NCBI GenBank assembly: GCA_964035545.1
Contig: OZ037769.1
Coordinates: 3,267,929-3,331,928 of the forward strand
Direction: 5' to 3'
Length of the DNA stretch: 64,000 nt
Origin: Bugula neritina
Lineage: Eukaryota; Animalia; Bryozoa
A program made the position numbers and the translations under genes. Positions within the stretch are counted from its first letter, which is position 1; the number at the start of each line of letters is the position of its first letter. Positions 26,283-38,045 of the stretch are shown here, piece by piece. The notes beneath the pieces were generated by a model. The model did not search any database. It saw only the letters and a program-made list of their open reading frames with translations, and was not told where the DNA came from.

Positions 26283-27396
26283 TGTGCAGTTTTGAAGCAT
26301 GCTTTTATTAGAATATAACAAAGTTTATCAATCAGCTAATGATTGGTTAGCGAGAATTCTATATTTCAAAGCAATTGGTAGGATGGATTTAGCCCCAACC
26401 TGTCATATCATGTGAACTACAGCTATAAGTGAAGCATATCGTTTGGCTAGGAGTGCTACGCAATGACTGGTACAATATTTCATACTGATTACTATCACGG
26501 CAATATTTCAGCCGGTTACCATGGTGATTCACACTTCAGTAGCTCATGAGCTTACTACTTCCTGATTCTTAAGAAATCCTGTAAATTTGCTTCAATATTG
26601 TGTCTGCACACCTGCTTTGGAGTTAAACCATTTCCTTTAACTCAATACCCTTAGCATATTCTTAAAATATAGCATTTCAGTGCAATGTACTGCACTTGGC
26701 ACCTTATGGTGTAATCCCTCTAAAAACTATTTACAGATGATGATATAAAAAACTTGCATTCTGATGTAACTGCATAAGTTGTTTATTAAAGAAATAATTA
26801 ATCATCATGTATGAAAGCTTACCAAGTAAGTTTCACGCATGGATCATAATAAAAGCCTTACATTCAACGTTTGATGTGTGGATAGAAGCAAATACATTTG
26901 AAACCAAAACTCATCAAACACTTTATAACCATTTTATATCTACAAATTTGCAGATAGTTAATCTTATGACATAAAAAGTTCAAAATTTATAGTAAAGAAA
27001 GAATGCAAACATTGTTGCATAATTTTAATTAGATTAAATTAACTTTACAGCTCTACATGAAGTTGAAGCAATAATATGTAATATGGACAAATAACCTTCT
27101 ATCAGTCATGTATTTTATAAAAGTCAATCAGAAATATTATAAACAAAAAAGTTTTCTAACTGGGCCCCACTTTGTATATTATATGATAACTCACTCATGC
27201 TATAATCCCTGAAGCAACTATAAGGGTGCGCATGTGTAATGAATAATAATAGATCCTAGCTGTGATATGTTATGCTCTACTTCATATATTTCAAAATACA
27301 TTTAAATTAGTGCTAATGTTGTAATGCTACATATAACTGTTAAATTATTAATAGTTTCAACAGATTTGAGCGTTGTACTGCAGTGTTGACTTCGTG

Positions 27397-27468
27397 GTCC
27401 CTGTGGTGTATTGGTAATAGCGCCTGCTTGCAACCAGGAGGTCTCAGGTTTGAATTTTAGTGTGAGCA
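27397..27468 (+). pseudogene. Degenerate tRNA-like sequence (SINE head or tRNA pseudogene)
   Basis: GTGGTGTATTGGTA A-box, CCTG-CTTGCAA-CCAGG arm and decayed B-box GGTTTGAATT; related to 46435-46505. Confidence 0.55.
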
Positions 27469-30004
27469 AAGTTTTTATATATGTACAGTTGCATTGCCAA
27501 AGTTAATTTTTTCAAAACTAAAAACTAGCTGCTATAAAAGCAACCATGACTCATGAAATAATGAAATGAAATAATAGATGATGCACTTGAAAATGGCGGA
27601 CTGTTGATGAAATAATAAAAAAACATAGTAAATATTTACATTAAGTGCAGAGAAAAGTTTTAATAACATTACCCATCAAGTGTTGAAACACTGCGGATGA
27701 TTTGGTTTTTAAGTACTTTATGAATGTTATTTAACTAATCACCCTGCGTGATACATATTCATATCATATTTATTTTATTACACGACACAAATAGCAATGA
27801 AAGCTATGAACACTATGCTGCATGCATGACATTATGTGAATTACAAAACCAATTTACATGCTGAATAGTTTGATTTATGTATCATACCAGCATTATTGAA
27901 TATTGGGGCCAAAACTGGAACATTTAAATACGGATGACACGAACCAAAATAATATAATTATGATTGTATAATTATATACATTTAAATGGCTTTTGTATGC
28001 AAATGCAGTCATGATTATAATACTATTTTGGCATCATATGTATTTCAGCCAAATCTAGTGGATATCATAGCTATTAATATACGATTGTGCAATTTGTATT
28101 ATAATATACTGTAATATATTATAATATACATCTACATATTATGCAGTGGATAAATCTATTTGAAATAAGCTTATGAGTTAGAACCCATTTATGATTCATA
28201 CTCAGATGAACGTTGCATCATCTATGAATTGTGAATACTATAAACATGCTACTGGCCTTTCAAGTGAAGATTGAAACAGTTTATTGTATTAACTGATCAG
28301 TCAATATTTCAATTATAATTTCTTACATTTTGAGTAGATATGCACTCAAAGATTAAAATATACACTATTACACATTCAAGCATATTTTTTGTCTCAATTT
28401 TAAGTTTTTAGCCATTAATCAGTGCTTATTTTAGTGATGAAAAAGTTGCACAGAAGGTGTGCAAAAGCAATTGGTTTAAACAGTTATAGTCGCAATGATG
28501 CATATGTGCATCAATAGCTAGAGTTTGTGAAACTATATAATTATTTTATATATATGCTCAAAAAACTCTCTGTCATATATACATATATAAATAAATAAAA
28601 TATTTCAGACACCTTGAGATCCCTAGACAGGATTATAAAAAATAGAAGACTATTAGACAGTTCCAAGAATCACTCTATTGGCCATGCAATCAAAAGTGGA
28701 AGAGCCTTTGTCTTTGTCTGCCCAAACAACTATTGTTCTTTTTCCACGCGGCTATTGTTTGTGGTTGGAATTCATTTTGATAGTAAGCTGTAAATCAAAC
28801 CTAAATCAAGAAGAGGTTAAGATGATACTCTGTGAATTCCAACATCAAAGTGCTTTACTTTGTGAGAGTTACTAATCCTTAAAAGCTAGTATTCTTGTTA
28901 CTGATTCATCTTAAAAAGTATTATTGGTCTGCAACGTGAATTTATGACGGAATTTTAGAAATAAGAGAAATTTATGACAGTTAAAAACTAGCACTAAAAT
29001 AATATGTAAACTTTCAACCTTCACTATTACAGGTTTCCACACGAATTGTGAGTATGAAAAAGCAAACATACTCGGCTACACTTGGAAAGCTTGGTGCCTA
29101 AAGATAAAAATATGTTAAATGATTTGCATGCTTTATTAATTTTAAATTTAGACATTTAACCATCAGGGATATGCAAATGTTTGTATATTCATTTTTTATA
29201 GCTTCCTGATTTTAAGGGGCCCTGAGTCAATCAATTTTATTTAAGTAGTAAAGAATTTGACAACGATTATATTATTAATGTAACTTGATTGATTGTTTCT
29301 GGCTTATGTTTAAAATTAATTCATACATTAGTTATCACCACTAAGCCGGTGTCACTGAGTGGTAGACTAAATGGTCACAGTAGAGATAATTTCATATAAT
29401 ATATGCATAGTGACTATGCACTTTTAGAAACTTTAAGGCCATTTCTACCTCACTCTGCTGGCCAGCTGCACCCAATAATAACATGAAGTTATATTTTGCA
29501 TTTTAGTAAATTATTGAAATATACTTTAATAATAGAGGCTATACTATTATATATATGCTATATGTATTATTAAACATTTTTGTATTTATACTACAAATAT
29601 CAGTGTTTGGGAAGAGAAGGAAGAGCATGGAAATGTTATGTAATTATTATATAATATTATAATAATATTGTAGGCCTACACAATGCTGTCTGTACAAGAG
29701 TTCAAGTTATCTTCTTTTTTACCGTTGTAGGACAACTCCTAATATAAGTACAAGGTTTGTTATAAATGAAATAAATGTAGTAGCTACATCTATAATTTTA
29801 CAATAATCTTCAATATCGACCGCTAGAAATAGTTTCGCTTTCGGCTTCAGCAAAGCTAAAACTGTTGAACTGGAAGAAAAACCTAATAGTAATAGTTATA
29901 TTCAATAATTATCTTATATTGTTTTATGGTATGGGTTTTATATAATAGGTATTTTAAGTAGGGCCGTGCACGATCAACTCTTTGTTGTCGCAAGGGTGTC
30001 CCAT

Positions 30005-30650
30005 AATGATAATCTAAATCCTAATCACTTTGACTTTAGTCCTTTACTCTTCAGAGTTTAGACTTAGCCTTTATATCAGGCTTTAACTTTAAGTTTAAGT
30101 TCATCATAATCATAACGATAACAATACTTGTTTTTGCAATAAAATGGAATATTAAATTTAGAATTAATATAGAATTAAATATTTAGTTTTATATTAATTC
30201 AGTTATTATAATTATGAATATTGTAATTATAAGGATATTAATTTAAATTAATAATAAGTCAAAATGAAACTCAAACTGTTCATGTTCAGTTTCACAGTTC
30301 ATGTTGAATAATATCATAAACTTTAGCAATAATATAAATAAAATCAAAGTGAATATTCATTTTGAAAATATATTCTAATTTCAATATAGATACTAATACA
30401 ATAGTAATAGACTTACTATTGTACTTTTATTTCATTTTCAAGTTCAAGTTATATTCAATTTTATTACTGCAACTACAAGTATATACTTATTGTGATAGTC
30501 CAATCACCATAGCAAAAGATGGAAGCAATACAAACTCGGAGGTAAAAGTTTTTGTCAGTGTAGACTGCAGAGTGTAGACCTAGTATAACTAGTGTTACTT
30601 GACACTAATTCTTTTAGAGTAGTTAGGCTATGACTTAAGTTACTGTTATC
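30005..30650. promoter_or_regulatory. 6-bp periodic block D in the 5' UTR intron of SGF11
   Basis: AACTTT AAGTTT AAGTTC ATCATA ATCATA ACGATA ACAATA (30085-30126). Ends before the acceptor CTGCAG|G at 30710; candidate donors at 29929/29949. Confidence 0.55.
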
Positions 30651-30726
30651 ACTGCTTAGACACATGCATTTTATATTTGTATATTTTACTTTTGGATTAT
30701 ATGCCTGCAGGTTAAAATTGAGCATA

Positions 30727-33700
30727 ATGGAGATTTTACCTGCTGTACCTGATGAATTGTTTAGTGATACATTTTCATCTGCGGCTCTTGGACTAGAGGA
30801 GGAAGGATCTGATGCTGCTGATATTAAAGTGTGGCATAGTCAATTTAATAATTTGCTGTAAATTTTCTTTAAGTTTTGCATTAGCTTTAGATGCAAGTTG
30901 TCGTTGAAAATCTTTTAATAATTAGTATATTTATTGACGTCACGATAGAGAACAATAAAATATGCTTTACAGAATATATTCCGATCTGTGTAGGCGGCAG
31001 CCCTAGACTTGATCCTTGAAGATATCATAACTAACGTAATATTTGGGTTTTCTTTGGAAATACACCGAATGTGCAAGAAGGGTGTTCTATTTATCGAGGA
31101 TACAGACACAGAATCTATACAGCAATTTAGTGAGTGGAATTTGTAGAGCTGACTATGTATGTACATGTATTGCTAGGTAGTATATAAGTGAAATATATAG
31201 AGATGATTATATATGTGTATATTGCTAGGTAGTATGTAAGTAGTTAAACAATAACAAGCTCTAGCCATAACTCATCCCATATATTTGTACAAAAATAAAC
31301 TGAGTATAAAAATAGTTTAATTGCAAATTAAATACTTTTAATTTTAATAACTAGTTTTTTCAAGTGGCTGTAAGAAAAAAGAAAACTTTTCAAATTTTTC
31401 TTTGAAGTAAGCTCATTTTGTTTCCCTTATGTCAAGTCACATTTCATTTTTGAAGAGATCGTGGACACTCCCGGTTTCGACATATTTGGACAGGAACTGA
31501 AGAAGAAATCGTTGGAGTGCGTCTGCCCTAATTGCGGGCGCCTAATGGCCGCCTCTCGGTTCGCCCCGCATTTGGAGAAGTGTATGGGTAAGCTAACCTT
31601 TAATACTGAAGGCCGAAGTTGAATAATTTGAGTCATACTTCATGTTTGGTACGAAATTTTTACAAGTAGATACCTGTCAGAAAGCCTTTTTGTTGTGATA
31701 CAAATTGATAAATAATTTTGCTTAATATCAGATCTGATACATTGGGTATTAAACATAGTACAAGGTACATATTTCTAGCTAGTTATAAGAATTGTTTTTG
31801 CAAAATTTTTGTGATTTTTATTGCTAGAATTACTGCTTTTTGTATTCAATTTTCATATAATAAGGAGCAGCTGTGGTCTAGTGATTAAAGCATTGGCGTA
31901 GTAATCAATCAGTAGTTCGATTCCCAAAGGCTCTTAATGATGTTAAGAAAGGCATGCAGTCATAATTGCTCTATTGCCACAATAGAAAACACTCTTTCCA
32001 TCAGGGGTTCTCACAAGGATAACGACTATAAACCCACTTGATTGAGTAATTGATTTTCATGCTACTTTCAGTAAACGTCTGGCTGTAGGTATGGGGAGAT
32101 GTTCATCTAGAGTTGCTAGCAGACGGATTGCTAACAATATATCTAAACAGGAAGGAAGTGACAACGATAGTCTCGGCGGAGATAATGACGTCGATAATGA
32201 TTGGTCGACTGGCAAGAGATGTGAGCTTTGATAAATATTTTAAACAGAGAATTATTATCAGTCTGAGTGAATTGAAATGAGAAAAAAGAGTCAAGCTGGT
32301 CATTAGTTTTATGTTTATGTTTATAAAATAGGAATTCTACATAACGCATCTATTTTATATGCTAAAACTTTGTTATTCTATTTTTGAAATACTTATTCCT
32401 AATCTATGCTGCATACAGTATACTTATTGGAAGAGTTTTTAGCCTTCAAACCGATGATATTTCATTATGTCTAATTAAATGTAATCAAAGCTAGGTCAAA
32501 GGCCAAACCTGATGCATTTCTCATTATACTTCCTTTCTCTGAAAATCACAAATTTTTTTGCACATGTCACATCAGTATTGTTATTTAGAGCTAATCTGTT
32601 TCTCTTTAACTAAATTAGTTTTATTACCTAACCAGCAGTATAGTATGTTCAACATATGTTTGGTTTTTATATTTTAGCTAAAAAAATTAAAAAGGAGAAA
32701 TATAGTACTAGTCTAAAAGGTAGAGGGCGTCCCGCTAACAAAATGCGCACAGGTAAGAAGCTGAGGCTATTAAATTAAAATTAATTTCTACGAAATTATT
32801 GTGAGTTCTGAAATGATTAATTAGTTGAGTATCCAAAATCTTTTACAGAGGCTGCGGGGGAGCTGGACGTGTCCACCCTACTCGCTATGGATGTTGAGCA
32901 GAGGAAATCTGTGCTGATGAATATTTGTGGTGCCCTTTCAGAGCCTAATTCTAAGAAGATATGTACCAGGTTGGAGTTATCAGACCCTGTATGGGACTCT
33001 GTTATTGAGTTATGAACAATATTATATAAACTTTTGTATTACAAAAGATGTTTTTTATAAAAAATACATCATTAAAAGATATTTATTTGTATAAATATCA
33101 GTAAACATAATAGTTACTTGCTATGTTAGTAAAATAAATTGAAATTTGTTACTCAAGATAAAACCATTATATTACACGTAAATAGAATATTTTAACCTGA
33201 GTATTGTTTATTTATAGCTCTACTTTGTTCACCTCACTTCTAGTACATCTAGATATGAATATACATGATAATATACTTATATTTAGTATTATATTTGCAG
33301 TTTGTATACAATGTCACACATAACATGTATCTAATACTGAATGTGAAATGATTTCAGGCCAGCCAAGTGTACCCTTCACTCTGACGAGGTTCGTCAGCTC
33401 AGTAGACACAACTTTCTGGTTGATAATGGAAGTCAAAGGTATGTGCAGTCTGCCACCATCTGTACCTTAGCATAGCACTATATGTACCTTAGCATAGCAC
33501 TATCTGTGTTTTGTATACTTAAACACTCAGAGTTTATTTATAATAGATTATTCAATCTTATTTGGTTGGAGTTGTACTTCCTCTGTATGACATAATGGAA
33601 CATAAGCATATCCTTCAACATGTTAATCCTGTTATTACTCTTATGGATGTGATCCAATAACTGTCATGCATTTTAAATATTTTGGTGCAACTTTTTTCAA

Positions 33701-34076
33701 ATATGATGACATGTATTTTTAGCCTTATTTGCATCTAAAATTAGGGCATTGACCTGAACTCTAAAATAACTTTCATTAGCAATGCTGATCAAGTTATTTT
33801 TCTGCACTTTATATTCCAAGTGTGTACTAATCAGGGAATTGTCTTTCCAACAGAGTGTTGACCCCAACTGCCGGATGTCACCCACTCCCTCCTGATGACG
33901 AGGTAGACATTGATATCGACACGTTCGATGACCTTGACAGTCAAATCCTGCGTGATGCATTATGGGAAAAAGACCGAACACCCACAGCCTCACCAGCTGA
34001 CAGCACAAGCACTGTAAATAGCAACAGTTCTAAAAAAAGAGGACGCAAAAAGAAGTCTAAACGCAATGACAAATAA
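30727..34076 (+). CDS. ATXN7L3: SAGA deubiquitination module subunit SGF11 / ataxin-7-like 3
   Basis: Exons 30727-30828, 30994-31129, 31456-31587, 32089-32220, 32678-32751, 32849-32969, 33358-33438, 33854-34076. SGF11 zinc finger [39 protein letters not shown]; SCA7-like [22 protein letters not shown]. Confidence 0.95.
31865..32042 (+). mobile_element. tRNA-derived SINE, copy 3
   Basis: TGTGGTCTAGTGATTAAAGC A-box, AGTTCGATTCC B-box, then core TGATGTTAAGAAAGGCATGCAGTCATAATTGCTC. Confidence 0.7.
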
Positions 34077-34737
34077 AAACCTCTAAACTATCTAGTCTTA
34101 TTTTACTGTAAACTTGTACATAGAAGCTGATGTTGCTATTATTATGAGAATTTTAAGTGACCAAATTACTTGACTAAACTTAAAACTTTTGTTATTATTT
34201 TAAAGTTGAATCTCGTAAACATAATATTTACATAGACATACAAAGGTTTTTGCGCATATGATAATTGTCTGTTTTTATGTGAATAACTTGGAGATAGTTT
34301 TGTTCAAAGTTTTAAAAGGCAATATATAGTTCATGGTATATAATATTTAGATAATAAAACTTTAAATGATTTGAAAGGACTCACAATATTATACACATCA
34401 TGTATAGCATATATCATGTAGCGTACACATAGCATGTATAGCATATATCATATAGCATAAGCATGCCACGTTTAGCATATGTCATATAGCATACACATAT
34501 ATAGCATGTAATATATCATATAAAAGGAAGTAGCAAGGCAACGAATGTTAAAGATTACTTAGCAAAATGATTACACACTATAATACTATAAACTGAAAAA
34601 TTGCAATAACACATTAACATAAGGTGTACTGCTGATATGTCTTTAGTTAGTATTATAATATTTCCACAATAGTCACCTACTCTTACAATATGATATTATT
34701 ATTGTTACTAAAACTTTATTACGCCTACAGAAGCCGC

Positions 34738-36075
34738 TTAAGCACAGCTAAGGCAAGCAGGACAGAATGGTCCATTAAGAAACTTTATCTCTATCTCTAA
34801 ACAATCATGTTCTACTGGTGGACACGGTATCATCGCTTCTTCCCGACATATCTAAGGAATCATAGCATAACTTCTTATTACTCAACAACTAACAAATTAA
34901 AATGTGTGTTCAAGGGTTTTAGAGAACAATGGAAGCTCAGCAACTTGATTATTCATAGCAACAAACTAGTATGAAAATTAAAATGCAAAAACAAACAGTT
35001 CTGATGGCTATTAGCAGAGGTAGGCGCAGTAATGGAGAAATTGAGAAAAACCTGTGTTCTAGATTAGAAATATATTTAAAAAAGTTATGTTCTCCTAAGA
35101 CTTTTAATAAAAACAATTAAAGAACTTGGGCTATCGCAATTTCTCCACTACTGCTCCTAAATATACTAGCAAATCTTTTTTAAACAATAATTGCGTTTTA
35201 ACTAAATTTGAATGCCTTCTAAAATGGTAATCATTTGATTCGATTTCCTGCTAATAGAGAGGTTGGTTGCTGAGATAGCTTATAGAAGCTTACAAGGAGG
35301 GTAGAGTGATATTAGATGCACTGATGGAGAAACTGAAAAAGGCCTGTGGTCTAGATGAGAAATGTAGCAAGAAAAGTTGTGTTCTATTAAGTTTAGCGCC
35401 CCCTCTATTGTCAACTTCAAAACAAAATTTATTAAGAAAATTTGTAGATTTAGCTTATTGAAATTACTAACATAATTGTAGGTATAGCATATTTTTTCAT
35501 AATAGCAAAGCTATTAAGGTTAATTTTCATAAAGACACATTTTAAAAGTTATTTGAAATTAATTGCTTTATGTCATGGCTTATGTTTATTGCGTTGCACA
35601 GAAACCCTCAATATCAGGGTGAACATAGACTGAGAACATAGACAGTATGAGCATGCGCTTACCCGAAATGGCTGGGCGGTAACTGGTATTTTAAATCGGG
35701 TCTTTGTACATTGGGGACCAACGCAAGGCTAAAAATATATCAATCAAAAATTCAGACCAAAGGCTTGAGTCATGCAACAGCCTCATTTACAAGTAACTGC
35801 ATGACCTTGCTCCTCGTGTTAGATATAAAGTTGTCTTTGGTTCTTAAAATTTACCAAAAAGTTGTTCTCAACTGTTGCCCACTTTAGTAGATAACCTACC
35901 ATTCAACAAAGTTTAACTCATCATTCAACAGAGTTACTATTTAACTTGAGTTTAACTTATTATTTACCAGTTTTTACTAACTAGTTATCATAGTTTAACT
36001 TACTGTTACTCTGTTGATAGTAGCTGCCAAAGTACAGCACACAAGTGTTGCTAGAACAAAGGCTATCAATTTCAT
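34738..36075 (-). CDS. Secreted Cys-rich peptide B (83 aa), single-module paralog of gene A
   Basis: Exons 36075-36004, 35728-35663, 34851-34738 with intact splice sites: MKLIAFVLATLVCCTLAATINRVT PCVGPQCTKTRFKIPVTAQPFR ICREEAMIPCPPVEHDCLEIEIKFLNGPFCPACLSCA*. Expression unknown. Confidence 0.7.
35022..35159. mobile_element. Small MITE, with a second partial copy at ~35312-35400
   Basis: TAGGCGCAGTAATGGAGAAATTG / CAATTTCTCCACTACTGCTCCTA inverted ends; absent from the paralogous intron of gene A. Confidence 0.65.
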
Positions 36076-36470
36076 CTTCAGCTGTTATTATACGTTTCAA
36101 ACTCCACAACTACTGAAACTTTAAACACGATGACTTCCAGCACTGCAAATATATAGCTGTGGAGTTTTGAAGCATGCTTTTATTAAAATATAACAAAGTT
36201 TATTTATCAGCTAATGATTGGTTAGCGATAATTCTATTTTTCAAAGCAATTGGTAGGATGGATTTAGCCCCAACCTGTCATGTCATGTGAACTACAGCTA
36301 CAAGTGATGCATATACCGTTTGGCTAGGAGTGCTAAGCAATGACTGGTACAATAATATTTCATACTGTATCTATCACGGCAATACTTCAGCTGGTTGCCA
36401 TGGTGATTTACACTTCAGTAGCTCATGAGCTTACTACTTCCTGGTTGTGTAAATTCTGCTTGTCAACTCA

Positions 36471-38045
36471 GTAGACAGAACTTTCTGGTTGATAATGGAG
36501 GACAAAGGTATGTGGTGTCTGCCACCACCTGTACCTTAGCATAGCACTGTCTGTGTTGCTTGCCTGTTTCTATGCTATTAAAACATTTCACACATGGTTC
36601 TGTCATTTTGAGATTTGGTAATTTGTATTTGCCGGGGCTTGAGTATACAGCCTGGAGTTCAATGCTAGCTCTAGATTTATTTTTACATTATTTTTGAGAT
36701 ATTCTGTTTTATTGGTTGTAGACAGAGTAAGACTTCTCTTCGTCATACACAACATCTTGTATACACGTTTACCCCCTAGACACACTTCGCCGCACCGTAG
36801 GCCGTAACGTAAAATGTCAGCCATTTTTAATGTGTTTGAGCTGAAGTTCTCAGAGTGCGCTATTGGGTATGATCTACGACACTTCATTGAACATTTATAT
36901 CCAATGAATTGACGCGAACACTTTCCTGTCCAATAGGAGCCGGCTGCAACTTTTTTGAATCAATTAGTGCTTGATCCTAACGTACCTAAACGCCATATAG
37001 GAAGCGCGGACACTTGTAAAACTGGCGGGCATTTTATCTTACGGCCTACGTCGCGGCAAAGTGTGTCTAGGGGGTTGGACTATATCAGCTATGCTTCAAC
37101 AGTCATAGCTTATATTAGTTTATACAGTTATGTTTGGTTTGGAGTTGTGTGTTCACTGTATGGTCTTTAATGGCATATTTTTTAACTTATTGCTGTTATA
37201 CAATAATTATTTCTTTACTCTTACCAATGTAATGTAATAACTGACATGTGTTGTAATATTTTGGTGCAAACTCTTTTCAAACATAATGATATGTATTTTT
37301 AGCCTTACTTGCATCTAAATTTAGCGCATTGACCTGAACTCTAGCTACTGCTCAGCATTTCATGTACTCCAAGTATGTTCACTAATTGAAGAGTTGTCTT
37401 TTCAACAGAGTGTTGCCCCCAACTTGTAGATGTCACCCACTTCCTCCAGATGACGAGGTAAACCACTGAACTGAAACTATAATCATAGGGGTTATAGTTC
37501 AATGAGGTAGACATTGATATCGACACATTCGATGACTTTGACAGTCAAATCCTGCATGATGCATTATGGGAAAAAGACCAAACGCCCACAGCCTCATTAG
37601 CTGACAGCACAAGCACTGTAAATAGCAACAGTTCTAAAAAAAGAGGACGCAAAAAGAAGTTTAAACGCAATGACAAATAAAACACCTCTAAACTATCTAG
37701 TCTTATTTTACTATAAACTTGTACATAGAAGCTGATGTTGCTATTATTATGAGAATTTTAAGTGACCAAATTACTTGACTAAACTTAAAACTTTTGTTAT
37801 TATTTTAAAGTTGAATCTCGTAAACATAATATTTACATAGACATACAAAGGTTTTTGCGCATATAATAATTTTCTGCTTTTATGTAAATAATTTTGAGAT
37901 AGTTTTGTTCAAAGTTTTAAAAGGCAATATATAGTTCATAGTATATAATATTTAGATAATAAAACTTTAAATGAATTGAAAGGAATCATAATATCATACA
38001 CATAGCATGTATAGCATATATCCTGTAGCGTACACATATCATGTA
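36471..38045 (+). pseudogene. Duplicated 3' fragment of SGF11 (end of exon 7, last exon, 3' UTR)
   Basis: Highly similar to 33401-34440. Last exon is interrupted by a 49-nt insertion (37461-37509, GAGGTA duplicated) that introduces TGA; no upstream exons. Confidence 0.85.
36772..37074. mobile_element. MITE family X copy 2
   Basis: CCCCCTAGACACACTT..AAGTGTGTCTAGGGGG TIRs, flanks TTA/TTG; homologous to 23403-23702. Confidence 0.85.

Noticed and set aside
29449-29465. Selenoprotein-type in-frame TGA in joined micro-exons
   Set aside because: No CxxU or other known selenoprotein motif and no SECIS identified.
30362-30577. ORF with alternating polar/hydrophobic residues in periodic block D (similar short frames in other blocks)
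   Set aside because: By-product of the 6-bp periodicity; the phase slips often and the block is intronic, so coding is unlikely.
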